Positions 52,349 to 64,000 of a DNA stretch of 64,000 bases are shown here, one piece after another (positions within the stretch are counted from its first letter, which is position 1; each line of letters opens with the position of its first letter). Position numbers and translations under genes: made by a program. Below the pieces are notes generated by a model, which made no database searches, was not told the DNA's origin, and saw nothing but the letters and a program-made list of their open reading frames with translations. The stretch is from Octopus vulgaris (Eukaryota): NCBI GenBank assembly GCA_951406725.2, contig OX597820.1:95852001-95916000 (forward strand), written 5' to 3'.

Positions 52349-54967
52349 CGCATTTATGTTACAAGCCCATGGGGTGCTTTATCCATTCACCAATGTAAAT
52401 GGGGTCTTGGCTTAAAGGAACTAACGTCGTCAGACAGTACCCAACGTTCATCGGGTGTTTCGACCTTGAACCGTAATATCCTCCCGTTGGTGGGTCAGCA
52501 GATGTGACCAAGTCACTGCTCCTCATCTCTTCCTGGCTTCCAACTTAAATCTTCTCTCTTCTCCAAAGCCAACAAGAGGCTTTTTCAGCTGCCAAACCCA
52601 TCGTGCGCACAGCCACCCTTCTAATTCAAATTGTTGTAAGCATTCTCCATGCCGACTGATCAGGGAATCCCATACATCCAACTTCGACTGGAAAAAGCCA
52701 TACCTGCCATCCGTTCTCCCTGCAATCCTGCAGAGGGCTCTCACATCTGGCTCGCTTCTGATCATGGGCCCCATCATACCCCTTTAACCACGGGACTGTT
52801 CAATTACGATATATATATATATATATAAAGATAGATAGATATAGATATACATACACATATACATACATATATACATACACATATATATGTGTGTGTGTGT
52901 CTGTGTGTGTTTTTGTGAGTATCATGTTGTGCTTGATAAATAAGACTAAAATATATACAAAATATAGGACTCACGTTTCTGATAGAGAAATACGTCTTCT
53001 CTAGTCGTACGGGCTTTATTTCAAATTATTAAAAAATTTCATAGAAATAAAATAATTCTGGAATTAGTAAAAATAGCTGGAGTTAACGTTATATCGAACA
53101 TCGAATAGAAAACACTGCTAAAACTCATTTAGAGAAGAAAAATCTACGTCAGGAAAGATAAGTACTTTCGAAAAATATATATTGCTTTGTAATTGAAAAG
53201 AAAATGGAATTAATGGATTTATCAGAAGGAGTTAAATACACATGACTGTGCGGTTATATAACCGACCAGGAAATTGAATAATATTATTATCATTCATTTG
53301 CCAGATTAGTACAACCAAAGAAGTACTGTGTTCTTTCCTCACATCTATAGAAGAACGGAATTACTTCATCATACGTTAAGCTCATTCGCTGTAGCATCGA
53401 CATAGCGGTAAGTACTTTCTAATGTCCGGATTAGTCATTCATATATTACATTTTTAGGAGGCGGTTCTTATTGTGTAGATGACCATCCCAATTGCCGATT
53501 ACTGAATTTATATAGATAATTACTGTAGTGGGCTGTGCAGGAATAACATCCTGATATATATGTGCACCGTTGTTGGGAGAATCAGTATTCCTAGTGCTAA
53601 ACCTAACCTTAACCCTAACACAATGAAACAAACCGTCGTGTTGATAATACTATAATTATTACTCAAGCTTTTATTGCAGCTATTAAGTTACTTACTGTCC
53701 ATTGTACAGTGGCATTATATGCTACGCTCGAAATTGTTGATCAAGAAAGCTAAACGTTGTTTATCTTATCCAAAGCTCAGAAGAATCTTATCCAAGGCTC
53801 AGAAGAATGTGGAAGCAATATTCAAGGATATCCTGCATTATCCTGCAGCATAATCCAACTGGAATACGTTATAGGATATTTCGCTTTCCTAGTCAGTTAT
53901 AACTACCATTGCTTCCCGTTGCATTATGTGTTGATTCGCCTCTGTAAGTTAGGCCGAATTTTAGCTGATATTTGCTCGCTCTCCGGTCATAGCTGTTGAA
54001 GAATCCATTTTGGATACGACTATACCCCAAACATTACTTCCGCTAATATTTCGACTTTTTTTTTTTTAATGTTGTAAACATTATTTTTGTGACCATTATC
54101 CCTGCTGCTTATACTGATGTGCCCACCATTATTACAATTATTTAACTTGCTATGCTTAGCAGGTTTTACTTAGTTTAGCTCCCTAAATGGGTGGGGTTGA
54201 TCTAATCGCCCGGCCATAGATAGAAAAGTTCTCAAACTATTAGAGATGCTAATCCAGCCTTAGTATGTGCAACGTTATAGTGGGTTGCATTCTGTGAGGT
54301 CCCATCAACTTAGGAAAAGCGGTAGTTGGAAAAGGTTGTTGCTCAGGGATATAAATATTTATATATTTATATGTATATACCAATTTTACATAGTTTTCAA
54401 TCTAGCTCTGTTACAAAGCAATATGGAATGTAAGGAACCTACCTTCACGAAAGTAAATAATAAACTAAACAATAAAGCAAATATGGTAAAAAGAAATATG
54501 TTCTGTTAAATCTGGCGTTAAACAGCGAGCCTATCGATATAGATCGAGTGTTGTACGAACAAAATTTGCTGTTATATAATGTTTTCTATGGAAAGTTCTG
54601 TCCATTGATAGACAAGTAAAACTCTGTTGTGTAAATTATTGCATATTACTTGTGGAAAATACCTCCCCCCCCCCAAATTTATAATAATTATCATATGGTT
54701 CCCCCATAGGAGTAGAGAAAAAAAAATTATATCTGTGTGTAACTAAATATAAGATATTGTCATTCTCATAACGATTTCTCTTTCGGTCATTGGGTTCCCA
54801 TACTTGTCTAGAGCAAATTAATACTTACATGCACACATACATACATACATACATACATGCATACATACATACATAAATACATACATACACACACATATAT
54901 ATACACACGCATATGTATGCGTGTACATGTAGATGCATAGATGTATACCTATATGTGTGTGCGTTTG

Positions 54968-55009
<42 letters not shown>

Positions 55010-55330
55010 ACTTGATAATATAGGTTAAAATTAGTAATAATTTTACCCGGTAGCCAGTACGTAAAATAAAAACCTTTTAGGTAAATTTTACAAATTATTC
55101 TTTAATTATATACATAATTACTACAAGGGGTCAGCTATATTTCTCACCATGTACTGAATTAGAAATAGACGCTAATGTCTTTTTTACAACCATAAAATCT
55201 TCGAGAAAATAACACACTTTTAATGTAGGCCAAAAAAGAACGATGAATTAACAAGGCCGTGGTTAATTACGTACAAAATTACCTATTATTCTCTTCAGCG
55301 TAATATTAATATTCCCGGATAAATTCACCA

Positions 55331-55371
<41 letters not shown>

Positions 55372-56110
55372 ATTTTATGCATGCATCTAAGTATTTATAT
55401 CTGTTTGCATGTCTGTCTATGTATGCATGTATGTATTTATTTATTCATCTACCTATATATATTTCTATGCACTTGTACGCATTGTGCGTGTATGTAAGTA
55501 TAGGAAATACACACATGAAATATGTAATTATCTTGGCCATTGGCTGATAATATAACAGGAACAGGAACTGAAACCGGTCAACGGAATTGATTTGTGTGAA
55601 GCTTAGTGCCCTAATACGTAGATATAAAGGCAATAAATTACCAAAGTACAAGATATATGAGAATACACTGGCAGCTTCATGTTTTAGCAGACGCGGCGTA
55701 ATATTGAATATTAACGAGCAATTGAACAGTTTTGGCCGAATGCCTGCCTCCATTGTTTGGCCTGAAACGGAATTTCAATCAAATAACAAATCATTAGCGT
55801 TATTTTGATCTATTTTCAGGTCTCTATATAATATAAAGCTATATATTTTGTTATGATCCCTGCTAATGGATGTTACATATTTGCGAGCTTTAAGAGGTGG
55901 ATAGATAGAATTAGACAACCTCATATGTAGTTGTCAACAAGCGGGAAATTTAGAGATATAATTGATACATTCTATTCCAGATTCTCATTTTCGCGCCTCC
56001 AGCTCTATCTTACACAAGCATATATCACGAAATTACAGTCGTTTAACACACAAACACAACAGATAAATAATACATACACTCATACATACATATATACATA
56101 CATACATATA

Positions 56111-56170
<60 letters not shown>

Positions 56171-57741
56171 GTATATATGCATGTATGTATGTACGTATGT
56201 ATGAACGGTCTTACATGCATACATCCATGTGTCTATGGATGACTTTATGTGTATGTGCGTGTGTGTGTATGTGTGTGTGTATGTATTGGTGTATATTTGT
56301 ATAATCAGTTTAGCAGACCTTCAGCTTTATCGAAGGCATCAGTAAGGTTGTCAGTTCGGTGCCTTTGTGGGTATGTCAGACCTCCAGCGTATATGTATGT
56401 ATGCAGCACCATGGCCAACGAACGGCTAGGAGTACCGCTACACCACATTGGACCGGAACTGTAGAGTCAACTTGACTTTGTTTATTCTTTCTATCGGTGT
56501 AGGCATTGTCTGTAATGTTAAGATCATTTCAAACTTACAAAGCTTCCAATTCTATTCAAATGTGTGAAATATCGGACAGCTTCTGCTATAATTTGGTGTT
56601 TACCAAAGCCTTGTGATTGTGGATGTCCATAGAAATTCTGTTCTGCGGTGAAACACTTAATGTGACGCCTAGTGTAACGCCACAATTAGGTTCTCGGGTT
56701 CCTCTAACGGAGTCCACTCTTTAACAAACATTCGATACTAGTCTCTGGTGTGGGAATGATTTCCTCTTTTTTTCTTTCTTTCTGAGCTACGTTACCGAGA
56801 AACGGTCATGGTCGTCGCTCTTCCTCCTTTTAACTAAAAATAAAACGGCTGGTATGCAAACTACTTTGCTAAGGTGTCTATTTCTAGTAAGATCGTGCGA
56901 ACACTGAATTCTGAGCGACTGGTAACCACATTTTTTTATACGTTTAATTCAGTGTCTCAGAAGAAGTTTTGACATTTGTTTTTACACAAACAAAATGTAA
57001 TGATTAAAAAACGCATATTGTGTTAGGGTTTCTAACCATGGAAAAATATATAACAAAATATTTAGATAAATATTAATTTCTAAATATAACAATAAAAATG
57101 CTGCTATTCCAATTATATGGAACTTAAAAGGCCGAAGTGAAATGAAAATTTTAGACGCGTCAACTAATAGTTAAAACTAATAATTGTGCCAACACGTTAA
57201 AAATAATAATTGCTTCTAAGCACGAAAATCCTTATTTCGTCATTTGGCTTGCTAAAATAGCAGCGGAATAAAATCAAAATTTTCGTCATGTATACTCCAT
57301 TTTATAAATGAAGACTGCAATGAACAATGTAGTTCTCGATATATTATATATGATAATGTAGTCTTTGATAAACTACCTCTGAATAAATGGCAAAATGGTC
57401 ATGTATAACTGAATAAGCGACGAGATGATATACGTTTGATCAGCTCGATAAAGAACTGAGTTAAGGTAAGCAATAAGCACAACCATAATAGTTATCTTTA
57501 CAATCTTCGATATAAATTCGCGTAATTAGGTATGTCGTATTATATAGTGTAACATCTAACATCTACTAAGACGTCCGTCAATCAAGTATCCTTACGGTTG
57601 TGTAAGCAATTATGTTTTTTCAACAAAACTGAAATTGCTACTTAAAGATTAGTCTGAATTAAAGTAACAACGCCTTATTTCTTAAATAATATAAGAGTGT
57701 AGCTTAACTTGTATTTCGGGATGTGCCAGTGAGAGAACTTC

Positions 57742-58373
57742 TATGTATGTATGTATGTATGTATGTATGTATGTATGTATGTATGTATGTATGTATGTAT
57801 GTATGTATGTATGTATGTGTGTGTGTATGTATGTATGTATGTATGTATGTATGTATGTATGTATGTATGTATGTGTTTGCTTAATTGTTTAGAAACTGCA
57901 AAGAATTCTCACTCAGAGCACATCCCACCGGCTAAGTAAAGGAAGAAAATATGGTCCTGGATGTGCAGAAGACAGTATGGTTATAGCTGGGGAGCCTTTC
58001 AGCCATTGGTTTGCTCAGAACAGGTTGATCAGGACTCCAATCTTTTTTAGACAGGATCTGAATGCGACACCACAAATAAAATATACAAAATGTCGTTTAT
58101 AGTTAGCTTTCAAAGGATATAAATGTTAGGAACAAATGAATAAAACAAAAAGCAAACATTTAAATGCCGATCCTTGAATATTTCCCTGATTAAGAGCATT
58201 CGATTTTTTGTTGTTTCTTTACTGAGTTTATTGCGTACAGGATAATGCGTAGAGAAAAGATCGATACTGTTTGAAATGCAATCAAAGAGAAATTGAGTGA
58301 TCTAATTTAATGTGTAAACCAACCAACACAGATGTACTGCGACATTTACATTACAAACTGAGCTAGAGTGTGC

Positions 58374-58415
<42 letters not shown>

Positions 58416-58440
58416 GCGGGAGAGAGAGAAATACAGACAG

Positions 58441-58493
<53 letters not shown>
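57742..58493. repeat. (ATGT)n at 57742-57875 and (AG)n at 58375-58493
   Basis: Read directly. Confidence 0.95.
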
Positions 58494-58496
<3 letters not shown>

Positions 58497-58587
58497 CGGG
58501 AGCAGAGACAACAAGGCGGGTGAGGATAAAAACGATAGGGTGAATGAACAACAAATATGAGTAACAAAAGATCATAAATAATAACAA

Positions 58588-58960
58588 GGTTTCAATTTTT
58601 GGCGCAGGTCCAGCAGTTTTCAGGGTTGGGGAAGTCGATTACATCGACTTTTGTACTTGATTGGTAGATATTTCATCAACCCCGAAAGAATCAATGACAG
58701 TCGATCTCGGCGCTTTTGAAGTCAGAATTTAAAGCCAGACGAAATGCCACTGTGCATTTTACAAGGCGTGGTAACGATTCTGTTAGCTTGAAGTCTTAAC
58801 GACAACTATAGTGATAATAACATTTCTACTGTAGGCACAAGACCTGAAACTGGGGGAAGGGCTAATCGATTGCATCGACCCCAGTAGGAACCAGTACGTT
58901 GCACTATTTAAATCGTTAGTATTTTGTCCGGCTTGCTAACGATTCTCCCAGCGCACGCAT
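58588..58960 (-). mobile_element. Two decayed SINE family A copies
   Basis: Reverse-complement cores gtcgattacatcgac and atcgattgcatcgacccc, with heads ctaacgattct. Confidence 0.7.
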
Positions 58961-58963
58961 TAT

Positions 58964-59010
<47 letters not shown>

Positions 59011-59011
<1 letters not shown>

Positions 59012-60660
59012 ATAATCCTGTATGGAGGACGGCCCTGACAGCAAACGGAAGAAGTTTAGGGACGGTATAAATTAGGAAGGGCATCTTCCAAGGGGACCGC
59101 CTGTCCCCACTGATCTTTATACAATGCTTGATACCACTGACTCTGATTTTGAGGAAAGCAAAAGCCGGGTATGTATTAAGGAGCCGACAACAAAAAGTCA
59201 ACCATTTGCTATTCATGGATGACCTCAAACTTTATGGTAAAGATGAAGCCCAAGTCGGTTCCCTCCTTGATTCGGTGTATACATTCAGTGCTGATACCAG
59301 AATGGAGTTCGGACTGAGAAACTGTGGTGTGTTAGTATTGAAAAGAGGTAAGATCAAATGTACGGAGGGACTAACGATATCGTTGGGGGAGGTTATGAAG
59401 AAGATAGAAGAGACGGGCTATAAGTACTTTGGGATTTTGGAAACGGATAAATTGATGGAGAAAGAAATGACAGAAATAATTAAGCTGGAGTACTTACGCA
59501 GACTCAGACTGATTCTTAAGTCGAAATTAAATGGAAGGAATATGATAGAAGCTATCAACACCTAGGCGGTTTCACTCCTTAGGTATGGAGCAGGAACGAA
59601 CTAAACAACTTAGACAGAAAGACAAGGAAGTTGCTAACTAGATATGGGACACTCCACCCAAAAAGTGACAGAGACAGACTGTATGTACCAAGAAAAAGAG
59701 GGGGAAGAGGATTTATTGGATGTGAACACAGCATTAGAGCAGAAGAAAACAACATAGCATGGTATGTAAAACAATCCACAGAACAGCAATTACTAGAAGA
59801 AGGTCAGGCTTGTGTAGGATGAAAGAATACAAAGAAAAAGCACTATAAATGCAATTGAAAACGAACGAAACTGAAATTAGGTGGGTAAGTAATGCATGGA
59901 CAATTTCATAGGGATGTTGAAGATAAGAAAGCAGACAAAAGATGGCTGTGGATGACTAAAAGTGATTTAAAACCGGAAACGGAGGCACTAATCTGTGCTG
60001 CCCAAGAGCAAACACTGAAAATAAACTACATAAAATACAGAATAGACAACTCACCAGAAAGTGAGAAGTGCAGGATCTGTGGGCAAAACGGTGAAACTGT
60101 ATGGCATATTACCAGCCAATGTACGCCTCTAGCCCAGAAGGAATATAAGAGATGCCACGACAATATAGCCAGGCTTGTCCTTTGGACACTTTGCAACAAG
60201 TATGGATTTGACAGAGCAAAAATTGGTACGACCACAAACCTGAAGGCATTATCGAAAATAGAAATGCAAAGATCTCATGAGATTTTATGATTCAGTGCGA
60301 CTATGAGATTGAGAACAGGAAGCCGGACAAGGTCTTAATTGAGAAAGAAAACAAACTATGCTAGATCATAGACATAGCATACCCAGCTGACAAGTATGCG
60401 ATAAGGAAGAAAGAAAAGTCGAGAGATATGACATGTTAGTTTGGGAAGATAAGCAGTTGTGGTTGATGAAAAAGGTAGCAGTAGTAACAATAATTGTTGG
60501 GGCCCTGGGAACAGTGAGCAAAAATCTCGGGAAGTACCATGGACAAATAGGGGCTTCAATAAGGGTGGAACGCTTGCATAAAACAGTACTGCTTGGAACT
60601 GCTCGAAAGGTGGTAGTGAACAGCTGACACTGTAGTATTTCTCCAGCGTTAGAAGCTGGG
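59011..60660 (+). mobile_element. 5'-truncated Dong/R4-like LINE (RT, CCHC and RLE), pseudogenised
   Basis: GIFQGDRLSPLIF, HLLFMDDLKLY, RLYVPRKRGGRG, CRICGQNGETVWHITSQC, RKPDKVLI and IVGALGTV motifs; preceded by (GAT)n. Confidence 0.9.
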
Positions 60661-61709
60661 CAAAGACAAAAACAAAAACAGCAACAACAACAACGACCAC
60701 AAAAACAATAACAGATTCTAGTGAAAAGTGAGCAATATGCCGCAGTACAGATGTGAAATGTAGACCTCATTTCGAAATACTCATTAATAAATTTAGTATT
60801 CAGTGTTTAATGTTAAAAACCTTCATTGCATCTATATACATGTAGATATAGTGTATATGTTGTAGTTGCAAGTGAACCAAACTTTAAAGAATTAGATTGA
60901 TTTATAACGAAGATGAAGCTTAAATAAATGGTTTTTCCTTTCTCTTAAAAGTCGTTTAGGCCCTTGCATGTCTTTAAAAGAATTTATCCTATTATAGGAA
61001 ATCGGATTATCTCTCCGATTTTACCTACCTTTCAGCGCTCGTCTTGAAGGTTATTGGTGATGCCCTTCCTTTTCTGATTAAATACAAGTAAAATACCTCA
61101 AAATCATAGCCACATGCCAACTGGTTCATCTGTTCCCTCTTTTTAAGACTGATATCATAAATATGACTGAAAGCTTCGAAAAAAATTATGCAAAAGAGAC
61201 CATGTTTGAAACACTCATAAATTAAAGAAGCCAATAAAATTATTAAATAAACAGAAACGTACGAGCCATTTATGAGGAAAAGAGTTAACTACAAACGAAT
61301 GTAAATTTATAAAAATGAATTTTAAAATATTTTCATGTTTACTTTTAAAATGTTAGTATTAGATTTTCTCTAAATACCCAAAATGAAAAGTTTAGTCACA
61401 AAAATGTCATTGGTAAATTTTCAGCAAATTTCGTCCGCTTTAATTACACGTTATCAGATATCCAACATGTAAAATATGAGAGCATAGATTTTAATAGTAA
61501 TGTATGCATTAGATATTACGTAATAATTATTAAAAACATATGGTGCATTTTTTATATCATGCAATTATATAAAAACCGATGTTTCTAAACATATAGAAAT
61601 AGATTACGTTTTAGAAATATTTGATATTTTAATACTCAATTTTGTCGACAAGAAACCAGAATCAATAATTTGGTTATTTGCATTTCAATAAGTGCTTACT
61701 TTCTGAATA

Positions 61710-61716
<7 letters not shown>

Positions 61717-61745
<29 letters not shown>

Positions 61746-61804
61746 TGTATGTATGTATGTATGTATGTATGTATGTATGTATGTATGTATGTATGTATGT
61801 ATGT
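61717..61804. repeat. (ATGT)n
   Basis: Read directly. Confidence 0.95.
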
Positions 61805-61899
61805 TTCTATGTATGTGTGTGTTGTACAAACACATGTATAGAAGGTACACACGCACACACACACTGATATATATTTATAAAAAATGAATTATACATTTG

Positions 61900-62500
61900 T
61901 GTTTAATATTACTTTATTTAAGGATGCATGCCTGATCTCACACACAAGATATGCTAACGTAGATTTTATTTTTAATGGTTGCATTGCTCTTCTAAAACCA
62001 CAGGATGGCTTGACTGATGGCATATGCGTTCTTTTTGAAATGTTGTAAGCCGACAATTTCAAAAGAAAATGTGAGTCAGTTTTTGCAATTCGATGTTTGT
62101 AAATAGAAGAATGGGTGCAGAGGTTAGTGTAGAGACTGGCGATGGTGGACAAAATCTTTGTGAAAAGTGGGGGAAACGAGTGGGTACATCGAAAAGAGAA
62201 TCCTAAATCTTTTTGACTCAGGTAGAAATCTCGTAAAAAAGAAGGGATTTCCTGGCATACAGGATAATATCTATTTCCGTGTTATCGACGGTGACGTACT
62301 GCTTGGCGAAGTCTGATGCTTTTAGAAGTAAAGGCCTAGATATTGACGTGTAAAAGTCGACAATATCAAACTGTGTAAATTTGCAGTTATGCTTATGGCT
62401 AATCCCTTTGAACCAAATTTACGGAGTTTGATATTGTCGACTTTTACCTGTCAATATCTAGGCCTTTGCTTCTAAAAGCATTAGACTTCGCCAAGCAGTA
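61900..62500 (-). mobile_element. Penelope-like RT fragment with a fold-back inversion
   Basis: WFKGISHKHNCKFTQFDIVDFYTSISRPLLLKASDFAKQYV..EIDIILYARKSLLF..SLFDV. 62297-62382 is inverted at 62415-62500. Confidence 0.75.
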
Positions 62501-62849
62501 TGTATCATTGTTTGTGAATTTTGTGTGCTCTCGATTCTGATCCTACTTAGCAGGGGAAATATCGAGTCTAGAATCTCCCCCTTTAAGGGGTGAATTGAAA
62601 TTTTTTGCAAACTCAAACACGCACCCAGTATCAGCAGAGTCAAGAAGATATACCAAGAAATGCTACCAGCTGGCGCAAACAGGAAGAAATGAACACAGAA
62701 AGAAAACCCAAAATATACTTTAAATGCTATAAAGGATATCCAAATGTATAACAATAAACAAGAATTTACTGACAATAAAAACGAATTGAACAAACATAAG
62801 TGATGCGTGTTCGCATCGGTAGCTACTATAAACCTGGCAAACATTCAAA

Positions 62850-63660
62850 TTAACCAACGTGATCTAGAAAAATATAAAAGCTTAGCAAAGCGTGAAGGGA
62901 AAAAATATAAATTTCATCCCACCCAGTGATATAATGCAACGAACCGCCAGTAAAACAATAATAGCTAAAACACTTTCACTAAAAACGAAAAAACAGTTGA
63001 ACTTATGACAAAGGAAACCATAGAAAATTGCTTGCAGCCCATTCGAGGCGATACGAAATATGTAGCAAGAGGAAAATTATATGGCACTGTGGAAGTAAGT
63101 TCCGCTTCTGAGGAAGAAGCAAAAGAACACCCCACAGTGCCTTTGCAAATCAACGAACTTGTGCTACTGCTCACCTCCTTCCCTGGGCCGGAAAAGGCAT
63201 GTAACTTTTCTCTGTTTCGTTGCTATAGCGAAAGAGGTCGTGTGGTTGACGAGAGTGAAAGGAATTAAGAAGGGCAACCTTCTCGTTAGCCATGGTTTAA
63301 TAAACTATTTTACAAATCATCTGAAAAGAAAAATAAGGCTAGAGAGAGAGTTGTTACCGCCGCGTACGTTCAGGACTGGATGGATGCCAGTGGCGCGATA
63401 GTTGAGCATGATGTGGCCAACTTGAACGTACTACCGTAGTTGCCTGCGTGAGAGCAGTGCTGGTGCGTGGCTTGTGGGGTTTCCACGCTCAGCATTTCAT
63501 TTTGTTGCCTCATCATTATACCATGTCTAATTTTTATCTTGCTATTTCTTTTTGTTCTTCCATCTGCCCATTCAACCCCATTGTAGAACCTTAATTGTTC
63601 TTGTTTGTCCTGTATTATCCCTCTATGTCGTCCCTAGTGGCTAATAAAGTAATACATTTC
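62850..63660 (+). mobile_element. Internally deleted L1/Tx1-like LINE (ORF1 piece fused to ORF2 C-terminus plus 3' UTR)
   Basis: ORF1-like TKETIENCL..ARGKLYGTVEV joins directly to FLCFVAIAKEVVWLTRVKG..HLKRKIRLERE..W, then a pyrimidine-rich UTR ending aataaag. Confidence 0.5.
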
Positions 63661-64000
63661 TTCTTGTGATTTCTGCCATTTGCCTATCTACTGTGAATTT
63701 GTGTGTTATCGATTCTAAACTTGCTTAGCAGGGGAAGTATCGAGTTTAGAAATTCCCCATTTAGGTGCGAATTGAACTATTTTTGCAACTTCTTCTTGTG
63801 CAATTTTTTTACACATTTTAAAATTATGGCTTCCAGTCAAAACATAGACAACGTCTCAAATACTAACAGACTCAACGATACGTACCAAGAATGTTCCCAC
63901 CACTTCTTTGTCGTGAATTGGTGGAGTTGAACAAAGCAAATACCGAGAAATATACGACAAATTCTACAAAGGACACCACAATTTGCAACAGCGTAAAGGA

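Noticed and set aside
52404-52470. Minus-strand GAAAC...CTGACGA as a possible type II hammerhead
   Set aside because: There is no stem I between the cleavage triplet and the core, and stem II does not pair.
53600-53620. cctaaccttaaccctaac telomere-like motif
   Set aside because: It is too short and is common inside repeats.
61030-61074. 45-nt minus-strand segment with AG/GT boundaries (KGRASPITFKTSAE)
   Set aside because: It has no LRR or LRRNT character, and such site pairs arise by chance. It would need RNA-seq support.

Overview
Eukaryotic, AT-rich, microsatellite-saturated DNA. The SINE and LINE content strongly resembles a coleoid cephalopod (Octopus-like) genome; this is inferred from repeat style only. 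Almost all of the window appears to be intron of one minus-strand gene. I found two canonical 72-nt phase-2 leucine-rich-repeat exons (49548-49619 and 12351-12422), about 37 kb apart, which resemble the first LRR exons of LGR4/5/rickets-type GPCRs. The rest is mobile-element debris: several tRNA-derived SINE families, Dong/R4-, CRE-, Hero-, RTE- and L1/Tx1-like LINE fragments, Penelope-like (PLE) fragments, mariners (one with both TIRs), a non-autonomous Helitron and a possible hAT relic. The most interesting signal is a set of type I minimal hammerhead ribozyme motifs in PLE/retrozyme-like repeats. These include a young 325-bp-arm inverted repeat with one intact hammerhead per arm, a 564-bp-period partial tandem element, and a ~350-bp tandem family found at two loci. 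Nearly all ORFs in the supplied track are microsatellite or TE artefacts. Coordinates were read by eye and no database searches were run.
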